64,000 nt of DNA from Auanema rhodensis. Taxonomy: Eukaryota; Animalia; Nematoda. The stretch is taken from assembly GCA_964057225.1 (NCBI GenBank), contig OZ059900.1, forward strand, positions 16,244,001 through 16,308,000. The letters are read 5' to 3'. Both the position numbers and the translations under genes were made by a program. The notes beneath the pieces are model-generated. The model did not search any database. It saw only the letters and a list, made by a program, of their open reading frames with translations, and was not told the DNA's origin. Below, piece by piece: positions 29,701 to 43,699 of this stretch. Positions within the stretch are counted from its first letter, which is position 1; each line of letters opens with the position of its first letter.

Positions 29701-32700
29701 TTCCAGCATAATAAAATATTTCTCATGGGAAATACTGTGTTTTTGTATTTTTCTAGTGTTCAGCATGTAAAATGCTTCATTTTAGTATGTAACACGCTGA
29801 AATTCGTTGCATTTGACGACTCATATGAACAAAAATCGATTTAATCAATATTAGCCATAAGGGGCGTGCCCTCAGAATATGCTAATTTCCTTAATTTTCT
29901 AACCCCTGTTTTTTTGTCGTGAAAGTGGAACTAGACGTTGTACGAACAATTTTGAGCTAGGTTTCATTGACATTGCATGAGTTTGAACACATGAAATCGT
30001 AAGTCAAAACCTTGTTTACAGCGAAATTTCCAAAAACTGGTTTTCCAGCATAATAAAATATTTTTCATGGGAAATACTGTGTTTTTGTATTTTTCTAGTG
30101 TTCAGCATGTAAAATGCTTCATTTTAGTATGTAACACGCTGAAATTCGTTGCATTTGACGACTCATATGAACAAAAATCGATTTAATCAATATTAGCAAT
30201 AAGGGGCGTGCCCTCAGAATATGCTAATTTCCTTAATTTTCTAACCCCTGTTTTTTTGTCGTGAAAGTGGAACTAGACGTTGTACGAACAATTTTGAGCT
30301 AGGTTTCATTGACATTGCATGAGTTTGAACACATGAAATCGTAAGTCAAACCTTGTTTACAGCGAAATTTCCAAAAACTGGTTTTTCAGCATAATAAAAT
30401 ATTTCTCATGGGAAATACTGTGTTTTTGTATTTTTCTAGTGTTCAGCATGTAAAATGCTTCATTTAAGTATGTAACACGCTGAAATTCGTTGCATTTGAC
30501 GACTCATATGAACAAAAATCGATTTAATCAATATTAGCCATAAGGGGCGTGCCCTCAGAATATGCTAATTTCCTTAATTTTCTAACCCCTGTTTTTTTGT
30601 CGTGAAAGTGGAACTAGACGTTGTACGAACAATTTTGAGCTAAGTTTCATTGACATTGCATGAGTTTGAACACATGAAATCGTAAGTCAAAACCTTGTTT
30701 ACAGCGAAATTTCCAAAAACTGGTTTTCCAGCATAATAAAATATTTCTCATGGGAAATACTGTGTTTTTGTATTTTTCTAGTGTTCAGCATGTAAAATGC
30801 TTCATTTTAGTATGTAACACGCTGAAATTCGTTGCATTTGACGACTCATATGAACAAAAATCGATTTAATCAATATTAGCCATAAGGGGCGTGCCCTCAG
30901 AATATGCTAATTTCCTTAATTTTCTAACCCCTGTTTTTTTGTCGTGAAAGTGGAACTAGACGTTGTACGAACAATTTTGAGCTAGGTTTCATTGACATTG
31001 CATGAGTTTGAACACATGAAATCGTAAGTCAAAACCTTGTTTACAGCGAAATTTCCAAAAACTGGTTTTCCAGCATAATAAAATATTTTTCATGGGAAAT
31101 ACTGTGTTTTTGTATTTTTCTAGTGTTCAGCATGTAAAATGCTTCATTTTAGTATGTAACACGCTGAAATTCGTTGCATTTGACGACTCATATGAACAAA
31201 AATCGATTTAATCAATATTAGCAATAAGGGGCGTGCCCTCAGAATATGCTAATTTCCTTAATTTTCTAACCCCTGTTTTTTTGTCGTGAAAGTGGAACTA
31301 GACGTTGTACGAACAATTTTGAGCTAGGTTTCATTGACATTGCATGAGTTTGAACACATGAAATCGTAAGTCAAACCTTGTTTACAGCGAAATTTCCAAA
31401 AACTGGTTTTTCAGCATAATAAAATATTTCTCATGGGAAATACTGTGTTTTTGTATTTTTCTAGTGTTCAGCATGTAAAATGCTTCATTTAAGTATGTAA
31501 CACGCTGAAATTCGTTGCATTTGACGACTCATATGAACAAAAATCGATTTAATCAATATTAGCCATAAGGGGCGTGCCCTCAGAATATGCTAATTTCCTT
31601 AATTTTCTAACCCCTGTTTTTTTGTCGTGAAAGTGGAACTAGACGTTGTACGAACAATTTTGAGCTAGGTTTCATTGACATTGCATGAGTTTGAACACAT
31701 GAAATCGTAAGTCAAAACCTTGTTTACAGCGAAATTTCCAAAAACTGGTTCTCCAGCATAATAAAATATTTCTCATGGGAAATACTGTGTTTTTGTATTT
31801 TTCTAGTGTTCAGCATGTAAAATGCTTCATTTTAGTATGTAACACGCTGAAATTCGTTGCATTTGACGACTCATATGAACAAAAATCGATTTAATCAATA
31901 TTAGCCATAAGGGGCGTGCCCTCAGAATATGCTAATTTCCTTAATTTTCTAACCCTTGTTTTTTTGTCGTGAAAGTGGAACTAGACGTTGTACGAACAAT
32001 TTTGAGCTAAGTTTCATTGACATTGCATGAGTTTGAACACATGAAATCGTAAGTCAAAACCTTGTTTACAGCGAAATTTCCAAAAACTGGTTTTCCAGCA
32101 TAATAAAATATTTCTCATGGGAAATACTGTGTTTTTGTATTTTTCTAGTGTTCAGCATGTAAAATGCTTCATTTTGGTATGTAACACGCTGAAATTCGTT
32201 GCATTTGACGACTCATATGAACAAAAATCGATTTAATCAATATTAGCCATAAGGGGCGTGCCCTCAGAATATGCTAATTTCCTTAATTTTCTAACCCCTG
32301 TTTTTTTGTCGTGAAAGTGGAACTAGACGTTGTACAAACAATTTTGAGCTAGGTTTCATTGACATTGCATGAGTTTGAACACATGAAATCGTAAGTCAAA
32401 ACCTTGTTTACAGCGAAATTTCCAAAAACTGGTTTTCCAGCATAATAAAATATTTCTCATGGGAAATACTGTGTTTTTGTATTTTTCTAATGTTCAGCAT
32501 GTGAAATGCTTCATTTTAGTATGTAACACGCTGAAATTCGTTGCATTTGACGACTCATATGAACAAAAATCGATTTAATCAATATTAGCCATAAGGGGCG
32601 TGCCCTCAGAATATGCTAATTTCCTTAATTTTCTAACCCCTGTTTTTTTGTCGTGAAAGTGGAACTAGACGTTGTACGAACAATTTTGAGCTAAGTTTCA

Positions 32701-33450
32701 TTGACATTGCATGAGTTTGAACACATGAAATCGTAAGTCAAAACCTTGTTTACAGCGAAATTTCCAAAAACTGGTTTTCCAGCATAATAAAATATTTCTC
32801 ATGGGAAATACTGTGTTTTTGTATTTTTCTAGTGTTCAGCATGTAAAATGCTTCATTTTAGTATGTAACACGCTGAAATTCGTTGCATTTGACGACTCAT
32901 ATGAACAAAAATCGATTTAATCAATATTAGCCATAAGGGGCGTGCCCTCAGAATATGCTAATTTCCTTAATTTTCTAACCCCTGTTTTTTTGTCGTGAAA
33001 GTGGAACTAGACGTTGTACGAACAATTTTGAGCTAGGTTTCATTGACATTGCATGAGTTTGAACACATGAAATCGTAAGTCAAAACCTTGTTTACAGCGA
33101 AATTTCCAAAAACTGGTTTTCCAGCATAATAAAATATTTTTCATGGGAAATACTGTGTTTTTGTATTTTTCTAGTGTTCAGCATGTAAAATGCTTCATTT
33201 TAGTATGTAACACGCTGAAATTCGTTGCATTTGACGACTCATATGAACAAAAATCGATTTAATCAATATTAGCAATAAGGGGCGTGCCCTCAGAATATGC
33301 TAATTTCCTTAATTTTCTAACCCCTGTTTTTTTGTCGTGAAAGTGGAACTAGACGTTGTACGAACAATTTTGAGCTAGGTTTCATTGACATTGCATGAGT
33401 TTGAACACATGAAATCGTAAGTCAAACCTTGTTTACAGCGAAATTTCCAA
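23800..33450 (+). repeat. Irregular 3/4/6-monomer higher-order repeat block (boundaries approximate)
   Basis: Marker AGCAATAA (C105A) at 24388, 25755, 27806, 29173, 30198, 31223 and 33274 gives spacings 1367, 2051, 1367, 1025, 1025 and 2051. It is linked to C313T and the GTCAAACC 1-bp deletion, and in most copies to C294T and T32A. Confidence 0.85.
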
Positions 33451-36400
33451 AAACTGGTTTTCCAGCATAATAAAATATTTCTCATGGGAAATACTGTGTT
33501 TTTGTATTTTTCTAGTGTTCAGCATGTAAAATGCTTCATTTTAGTATGTAACACGCTGAAATTCGTTGCATTTGACGACTCATATGAACAAAAATCGATT
33601 TAATCAATATTAGCCATAAGGGGCGTGCCCTCAGAATATGCTAATTTCCTTAATTTTCTAACCCCTGTTTTTTTGTCGTGAAAGTGGAACTAGACGTTGT
33701 ACGAACAATTTTGAGCTAGGTTTCATTGACATTGCATGAGTTTGAACACATGAAATCGTAAGTCAAAACCTTGTTTACAGCGAAATTTCCAAAAACTGGT
33801 TCTCCAGCATAATAAAATATTTCTCATGGGAAATACTGTGTTTTTGTATTTTTCTAGTGTTCAGCATGTAAAATGCTTCATTTTAGTATGTAACACGCTG
33901 AAATTCGTTGCATTTGACGACTCATATGAACAAAAATCGATTTAATCAATATTAGCCATAAGGGGCGTGCCCTCAGAATATGCTAATTTCCTTAATTTTC
34001 TAACCCCTGTTTTTTTGTCGTGAAAGTGGAACTAGACGTTGTACGAACAATTTTGAGCTAGGTTTCATTGACATTGCATGAGTTTGAACACATGAAATCG
34101 TAAGTCAAAACCTTGTTTACAGCGAAATTTCCAAAAACTGGTTTTCCAGCATAATAAAATATTTCTCATGGGAAATACTGTGTTTTTGTTTTTTTCTAGT
34201 GTTCAGCATGTAAAATGCTTCATTTTAGTATGTAACATGCAGAAATTCGTTGCATTTGACGACTCATATGAACAAAAATCGATTTAATCAATATTAGCCA
34301 TAAGGGGCGTGCCCTCAGAATATGCTAATTTCCTTAATTTTCTAACCCTTGTTTTTTTGTCGTCAAAGTGGAACTAGATGTTGTACGAACAATTTTGAGC
34401 TAGGTTTCATTGACATTGCATGAGTTTGAACACATGAAATCGTAAGTCAAAACCTTGTTTACAGCGAAATTTCCAAAAACTGGTTTTCCAGCATAATAAA
34501 CTATTTCTCATGGGAAATACTGTGTTTTTGTTTTTTTCTAGTGTTCAGCATGTAAAATGCTTCATTTTAGTATGTAACACGCTGAAATTCGTTGCATTTG
34601 ACGACTCATATGAACAAAAATCGATTTAATCAATATTAGCCATAAGGGGCGTGCCCTCAGAATATGCTAATTTCCTTAATTTTCTAACCCCTGTTTTTTT
34701 GTCGTGAAAGTGGAACTAGACGTTGTACGAACAATTTTGAGCTAGGTTTCATTGACATTGCATGAGTTTGAACACATGAAATCGTAAGTCAAAACCTTGT
34801 TTACAGCGAAATTTCCAAAAACTGGTTTTCCAGCATAATAAACTATTTCTCATGGGAAATACTGTGTTTTTGTTTTTTTCTAGTGTTCAGCATGTAAAAT
34901 GCTTCATTTTAGTATGTAACACGCTGAAATTCGTTGCATTTGACGACTCATATGAACAAAAATCGATTTAATCAATATTAGCCATAAGGGGCGTGCCCTC
35001 AGAATATGCTAATTTCCTTAATTTTCTAACCCCTGTTTTTTTGTCGTGAAAGTGGAACTAGACGTTGTACGAACAATTTTGAGCTAGGTTTCATTGACAT
35101 TGCATGAGTTTGAACACATGAAATCGTAAGTCAAAACCTTGTTTACAGCGAAATTTCCAAAAACTGGTTTTCCAGCATAATAAAATATTTCTCATGGGAA
35201 ATACTGTGTTTTTGTATTTTTCTAGTGTTCAGCATGTAAAATGCTTCATTTTAGTATGTAACACGCTGAAATTCGTTGCATTTGACGACTCATATGAACA
35301 AAAATCGATTTAATCAATATTAGCCATAAGGGGCGTGCCCTCAGAATATGCTAATTTCCTTAATTTTCTAACCCCTGTTTTTTTTGTCGTGAAAGTGGAA
35401 CTAGACGTTGTACGAACAATTTTGAGCGAGGTTTCATTGACATTGCATGAGTTTGAACACATGAAATCGTAAGTCAAAACCTTGTTTACAGCGAAATTTC
35501 CAAAAACTGGTTTTCCAGCATAATAAAATATTTTTCATGGGAAATACTGTGTTTTTGTATTTTTCTAGTGTTCAGCATGTAAAATGCTTCATTTTAGTAT
35601 GTAACACGCTGAAATTCGTTGCATTTGACGACTCATATGATCAAAAATCGATTTAATCAATATTAGCAATAAGGGGCGTGCCCTCAGAATATGCTAATTT
35701 CCTTAATTTTCTAACCCCTGTTTTTTTGTCGTGAAAGTGGAACTAGACGTTGTACGAACAATTTTGAGCTAGGTTTCATTGACATTGCATGAGTTTGAAC
35801 ACATGAAATCGTAAGTCAAACCTTGTTTACAGCGAAATTTCCAAAAACTGGTTTTCCAGCATAATAAAATATTTCTCATGGGAAATACTGTGTTTTTGTA
35901 TTTTTCTAGTGTTCAGCATGTAAAATGCTTCATTTTAGTATGTAACACGCTGAAATTCGTTGCATTTGACGACTCATATGAACAAAAATCGATTTAATCA
36001 ATATTAGCCATAAGGGGCGTGCCCTCAGAATATGCTAATTTCCTTAATTTTCTAACCCCTGTTTTTTTGTCGTGAAAGTGGAACTAGACGTTGTACGAAC
36101 AATTTTGAGCTAGGTTTCATTGACATTGCATGAGTTTGAACACATGAAATCGTAAGTCAAAACCTTGTTTACAGCGAAATTTCCAAAAACTGGTTTTCCA
36201 GCATAATAAAATATTTCTCATGGGAAATACTGTGTTTTTGTATTTTTCTAGTGTTCAGCATGTAAAATGCTTCATTTTAGTATGTAACACGCTGAAATTC
36301 GTTGCATTTGACGACTCATATGAACAAAAATCGATTTAATCAATATTAGCTATAAGGGGCGTGCCCTCAGAATATGCTAATTTCCTTAATTTTCTAACCC

Positions 36401-37270
36401 CTGTTTTTTTGTCGTGAAAGTGGAACTAGACGTTGTACGAACAATTTTGAGCTAGGTTTCATTGACATTGCATGAGTTTGAACACATGAAATCGTAAGTC
36501 AAACCTTGTTTACAGCGAAATTTCCAAAAACTGGTTTTCCAGCATAATAAAATATTTCTCATGGGAAATACTGTGTTTTTGTATTTTTCTAGTGTTCAGC
36601 ATGTAAAATGCTTCATTTTAGTATGTAACACGCTGAAATTCGTTGCATTTGACGACTCATATGAACAAAAATCGATTTAATCAATATTAGCCATAAGGGG
36701 CGTGCCCTCAGAATATGCTAATTTCCTTAATTTTCTAACCCCTGTTTTTTTGTCGTGAAAGTGGAACTAGACGTTGTACGAACAATTTTGAGCTAGGTTT
36801 CATTGACATTGCATGAGTTTGAACACATGAAATCGTAAGTCAAAACCTTGTTTACAGCGAAATTTCCAAAAACTGGTTTTCCAGCATAATAAAATATTTC
36901 TCATGGGAAATACTGTGTTTTTGTATTTTTCTAGTGTTCAGCATGTAAAATGTTTCATTTTAGTATGTAACACGCTGAAATTCGTTGCATTTGACGACTC
37001 ATATGAACAAAAATCGATTTAATCAATATTAGCTATAAGGGGCGTGCCCTCAGAATATGCTAATTTCCTTAATTTTCTAACCCCTGTTTTTTTGTCGTGA
37101 AAGTGGAACTAGACGTTGTACGAACAATTTTGAGCTAGGTTTCATTGACATTGCATGAGTTTGAACACATGAAATCGTAAGTCAAACCTTGTTTACAGCG
37201 AAATTTCCAAAAACTGGTTTTCCAGCATAATAAAATATTTCTCATGGGAAATACTGTGTTTTTGTATTTT

Positions 37271-37508
37271 TCTAGTGTTCAGCATGTAAAATGCTTCATT
37301 TTAGTATGTAACACGCTGAAATTCGTTGCATTTGACGACTCATATGAACAAAAATCGATTTAATCAATATTAGCCATAAGGGGCGTGCCCTCAGAATATG
37401 CTAATTTCCTTAATTTTCTAACCCCTGTTTTTTTGTCGTGAAAGTGGAACTAGACGTTGTACGAACAATTTTGAGCTAGGTTTCATTGACATTGCATGAG
37501 TTTATTTT
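37271..37508 (+). repeat. Truncated 238-bp monomer (104-bp internal deletion, mp234-337)
   Basis: The junction GCATGAGTTT|ATTTTTCTAG lies at 37503/37504. Monomer starts at 37271 and 37509 are 238 bp apart. Confidence 0.95.
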
Positions 37509-40500
37509 TCTAGTGTTCAGCATGTAAAATGCTTCATTTTAGTATGTAACACGCTGAAATTCGTTGCATTTGACGACTCATATGAACAAAAATCGATTTA
37601 ATCAATATTAGCCATAAGGGGCGTGCCCTCAGAATATGCTAATTTCCTTAATTTTCTAACCCCTGTTTTTTTGTCGTGAAAGTGGAACTAGACGTTGTAC
37701 GAACAATTTTGAGCTAAGTTTCATTGACATTGCATGAGTTTGAACACATGAAATCGTAAGTCAAAACCTTGTTTACAGCGAAATTTCCAAAAACTGGTTT
37801 TCCAGCATAATAAAATATTTCTCATGGGAAATACTGTGTTTTTGTATTTTTCTAGTGTTCAGCATGTAAAATGCTTCATTTTAGTATGTAACACGCTGAA
37901 ATTCGTTGCATTTGACGACTCATATGAACAAAAATCGATTTAATCAATATTAGCCATAAGGGGCGTGCCCTCAGAATATGCTAATTTCCTTAATTTTCTA
38001 ACCCCTGTTTTTTTTGTCGTGAAAGTGGAACTAGACGTTGTACGAATAATTTTGAGCTAGGTTTCATTGACATTGCATGAGTTTGAACACATGAAATCGT
38101 AAGTCAAAACCTTGTTTACAGCGAAATTTCCAAAAACTGGTTTTCCAGCATAATAAAATATTTTTCATGGGAAATACTGTGTTTTTGTATTTTTCTAGTG
38201 TTCAGCATGTAAAATGCTTCATTTTAGTATGTAACACGCTGAAATTCGTTGCATTTGACGACTCATATGAACAAAAATCGATTTAATCAATATTAGCTAT
38301 AAGGGGCGTGCCCTCAGAATATGCTAACTTCCTTAATTTTCTAACCCCTGTTTTTTTTGTCGTGAAAGTGGAACTAGACGTTGTACGAACAATTTTGAGC
38401 TAGGTTTCATTGACATTGCAAGAGTTTGAACACATGAAATCGTAAGTCAAAACCTTGTTTACAGCGAAATTTCCAAAAACTGGTTTTCCAGCATAATAAA
38501 ATATTTCTCATGGGAAATACTGTGTTTTTGTTTTTTTCTAGTGTTCAGCATGTAAAATGCTTCATTTTAGTATGTAACATGCAGAAATTCGTTGCATTTG
38601 ACGACTCATATGAACAAAAATCGATTTAATCAATATTAGCCATAAGGGGCGTGCCCTCAGAATATGCTAATTTCCTTAATTTTCTAACCCTTGTTTTTTT
38701 GTCGTGAAAGTGGAACTAGACGTTGTACGAACAATTTTGAGCTAGGTTTCATTGACATTGCATGAGTTTGAACACATGAAATCGTAAGTCAAAACCTTGT
38801 TTACAGCGAAATTTCCAAAAACTGGTTTTCCAGCATAATAAAATATTTCTCATGGGAAATACTGTGTTTTTGTATTTTTCTAGTGTTCAGCATGTAAAAT
38901 GCTTCATTTTAGTATGTAACACGCTGAAATTCGTTGCATTTGACGACTCATATGAACAAAAATCGATTTAATCAATATTAGCCATAAGGGCCGTGCCCTC
39001 AGAATATGCTAACTTCCTTAATTTTCTAACCCCTGTTTTTTTGTCGTGAAAGTGGAACTAGACGTTGTACGAACAATTTTGAGCTAGGTTTCATTGACAT
39101 TGCATGAGTTTGAACACATGAAATCGTAAGTCAAAACCTTGTTTACAGCGAAATTTCCAAAAACTGGTTTTCCAGCATAATAAAATATTTCTCATGGGAA
39201 ATACTGTGTTTTTGTTTTTTTCTAGTGTTCAGCATGTAAAATGCTTCATTTTAGTATGTAACACGCTGAAATTCGTTGCATTTGACGACTCATATGAACA
39301 AAAATCGATTTAATCAATATTAGCCATAAGGGGCGTGCCCTCAGAATATGCTAATTTCCTTAATTTTCTAACCCCTGTTTTTTTGTCGTGAAAGTGGAAC
39401 TAGACGTTGTACGAACAATTTTGAGCTAGGTTTCATTGACATTGCATGAGTTTGAACACATGAAATCGTAAGTCAAAACCTTGTTTACAGCGAAATTTCC
39501 AAAAACTGGTTTTCCAGCATAATAAAATATTTCTCATGGGAAATATTGTGTTTTTGTATTTTTCTAGTGTTCAGCATGTAAAATGCTTCATTTTAGTATG
39601 TAACACGCTGAAATTCGTTGCATTTGACGACTCATATGAACAAAAATCGATTTAATCAATATTAGCCATAAGGGGCGTGCCCTCAGAATATGCTAATTTC
39701 CTTAATTTTCTAACCCCTGTTTTTTTGTCGTGAAAGTGGAACTAGACGTTGTACAAACAATTTTGAGCTAGGTTTCATTGACATTGCATGAGTTTGAACA
39801 CATGAAATCGTAAGTCAAATCCTTGTTTACAGCGAAATTTCCAAAAACTGGTTTTCAAGCATAATAAAATATTTCTCATGGGAAATACTGTGTTTTTGTA
39901 TTTTTCTAGTGTTCAGCATGTAAAATGCTTCATTTTAGTATGTAACACGCTGAAATTCGTTGCATTTGACGACTCATATGAACAAAAATCGATTTAATCA
40001 ATATTAGCCATAAGGGGCGTGCCCTCAGAATATGCTAATTTCCTTAATTTTCTAACCCCTGTTTTTTTTGTCGTGAAAGTGGAACTAGACGTTGTACGAA
40101 CAATTTTGAGCTAGGTTTCATTGACATTGCATGAGTTTGAACACATGAAATCGTAAGTCAAAACCTTGTTTACAGCGAAATTTCCAAAAACTGGTTTTCC
40201 AGCATAATAAAATATTTTTCATGGGAAATACTGTGTTTTTGTATTTTTCTAGTGTTCAGCATGTAAAATGCTTCATTTTAGTATGTAACACGCTGAAATT
40301 CGTTGCATTTGACGACTCATATGAACAAAAATCGATTTAATCAATATTAGCCATAAGGGGCGTGCCCTCAGAATATGCTAATTTCCTTAATTTTCTAACC
40401 CCTGTTTTTTTGTCGTGAAAGTGGAACTAGACGTTGTACGAACAATTTTGAGCTAGGTTTCATTGACATTGCATGAGTTTGAACACATGAAATCGTAAGT

Positions 40501-43500
40501 CAAAACCTTGTTTACAGCGAAATTTCCAAAAACTGGTTTTCCAGCATAATAAAATATTTCTCATGGGAAATACTGTGTTTTTGTATTTTTCTAGTGTTCA
40601 GCATGTAAAATGCTTCATTTTAGTATGTAACACGCTGAAATTCGTTGCATTTGACGACTCATATGAACAAAAATCGATTTAATCAATATTAGCCATAAGG
40701 GGCGTGCCCTCAGAATATGCTAATTTCCTTAATTTTCTAACCCCTGTTTTTTTGTCGTGAAAGTGGAACTAGACGTTGTACGAACAATTTTGAGCTAGGT
40801 TTCATTGACATTGCATGAGTTTGAACACATGAAATCGTAAGTCAAAACCTTGTTTACAGCGAAATTTCCAAAAACTGGTTTTCCAGCATAATAAAATATT
40901 TCTCATGGGAAATACTGTGTTTTTGTATTTTTCTAGTGTTCAGCATGTAAAATGCTTCATTTTAGTATGTAACACGCTGAAATTCGTTGCATTTGACGAC
41001 TCATATGAACAAAAATCGATTTAATCAATATTAGCCATAAGGGGCGTGCCCTCAGAATATGCTAATTTCCTTAATTTTCTAACCCCTGTTTTTTTTGTCG
41101 TGAAAGTGGAACTAGACGTTGTACGAACAATTTTGAGCTAGGTTTCATTGACATTGCATGAGTTTGAACACATGAAATCGTAAGTCAAAACCTTGTTTAC
41201 AGCGAAATTTCCAAAAACTGGTTTTCCAGCATAATAAAATATTTTTCATGGGAAATACTGTGTTTTTGTATTTTTCTAGTGTTCAGCATGTAAAATGCTT
41301 CATTTTAGTATGTAACACGCTGAAATTCGTTGCATTTGACGACTCATATGAACAAAAATCGATTTAATCAATATTAGCCATAAGGGGCGTGCCCTCAGAA
41401 TATGCTAATTTCCTTAATTTTCTAACCCCTGTTTTTTTGTCGTGAAAGTGGAACTAGACGTTGTACGAACAATTTTGAGCTAGGTTTCATTGACATTGCA
41501 TGAGTTTGAACACATGAAATCGTAAGTCAAAACCTTGTTTACAGCGAAATTTCCAAAAACTGGTTTTCCAGCATAATAAAATATTTCTCATGGGAAATAC
41601 TGTGTTTTTGTATTTTTCTAGTGTTCAGCATGTAAAATGCTTCATTTTAGTATGTAACACGCTGAAATTCGTTGCATTTGACGACTCATATGAACAAAAA
41701 TCGATTTAATCAATATTAGCCATAAGGGGCGTGCCCTCAGAATATGCTAATTTCCTTAATTTTCTAACCCCTGTTTTTTTGTCGTGAAAGTGGAACTAGA
41801 CGTTGTACGAACAATTTTGAGCTAAGTTTCATTGACATTGCATGAGTTTGAACACATGAAATCGTAAGTCAAAACCTTGTTTACAGCGAAATTTCCAAAA
41901 ACTGGTTTTCCAGCATAATAAAATATTTCTCATGGGAAATACTGTGTTTTTGTATTTTTCTAGTGTTCAGCATGTAAAATGCTTCATTTTAGTATGTAAC
42001 ACGCTGAAATTCGTTGCATTTGACGACTCATATGAACAAAAATCGATTTAATCAATATTAGCCATAAGGGGCGTGCCCTCAGAATATGCTAATTTCCTTA
42101 ATTTTCTAACCCCTGTTTTTTTGTCGTGAAAGTGGAACTAGACGTTGTACGAACAATTTTGAGCTAGGTTTCATTGACATTGCATGAGTTTGAACACATG
42201 AAATCGTAAGTCAAAACCTTGTTTACAGCGAAATTTCCAAAAACTGGTTTTCCAGCATAATAAAATATTTCTCATGGGAAATACTGTGTTTTTGTATTTT
42301 TCTAGTGTTCAGCATGTAAAATGCTTCATTTTAGTATGTAACACGCTGAAATTCGTTGCATTTGACGACTCATATGAACAAAAATCGATTTAATCAATAT
42401 TAGCTATAAGGGGCGTGCCCTCAGAATATGCTAATTTCCTTAATTTTCTAACCCCTGTTTTTTTGTCGTGAAAGTGGAACTAGACGTTGTACGAACAATT
42501 TTGAGCTAAGTTTCATTGACATTGCATGAGTTTGAACACATGAAATCGTAAGTCAAAACCTTGTTTACAGCGAAATTTCCAAAAACTGGTTTTCCAGCAT
42601 AATAAAATATTTCTCATGGGAAATACTGTGTTTTTGTTTTTTTCTAGTGTTCAGCATGTAAAATGCTTCATTTTAGTATGTAACATGCAGAAATTCGTTG
42701 CATTTGACGACTCATATGAACAAAAATCGATTTAATCAATATTAGCCATAAGGGGCGTGCCCTCAGAATATGCTAATTTCCTTAATTTTCTAACCCTTGT
42801 TTTTTTGTCGTGAAAGTGGAACTAGACGTTGTACGAACAATTTTGAGCTAGGTTTCATTGACATTGCATGAGTTTGAACACATGAAATCGTAAGTCAAAA
42901 CCTTGTTTACAGCGAAATTTCCAAAAACTGGTTTTCCAGCATAATAAAATATTTCTCATGGGAAATACTGTGTTTTTGTATTTTTCTAGTGTTCAGCATG
43001 TAAAATGCTTCATTTTAGTATGTAACACGCTGAAATTCGTTGCATTTGACGACTCATATGAACAAAAATCGATTTAATCAATATTAGCCATAAGGGGCGT
43101 GCCCTCAGAATATGCTAATTTCCTTAATTTTCTAACCCTTGTTTTTTTGTCGTGAAAGTGGAACTAGACGTTGTACGAACAATTTTGAGCTAGGTTTCAT
43201 TGACATTGCATGAGTTTGAACACATGAAATCGTAAGTCAAAACCTTGTTTACAGCGAAATTTCCAAAAACTGGTTTTCCAGCATAATAAAATATTTCTCA
43301 TGGGAAATACTGTGTTTTTGTATTTTTCTAGTGTTCAGCATGTAAAATGCTTCATTTTAGTATGTAACATGCAGAAATTCGTTGCATTTGACGACTCATA
43401 TGAACAAAAATCGATTTAATCAATATTAGCCATAAGGGGCGTGCCCTCAGAATATGCTAATTTCCTTAATTTTCTAACCCTTGTTTTTTTGTCGTGAAAG

Positions 43501-43699
43501 TGGAACTAGACGTTGTACGAACAATTTTGAGCTAGGTTTCATTGACATTGCATGAGTTTGAACACATGAAATCGTAAGTCAAAACCTTGTTTACAGCGAA
43601 ATTTCCAAAAACTGGTTTTCCAGCATAATAAAATATTTCTCATGGGAAATACTGTGTTTTTGTATTTTTCTAGTGTTCAGCATGTAAAATGCTTCATTT

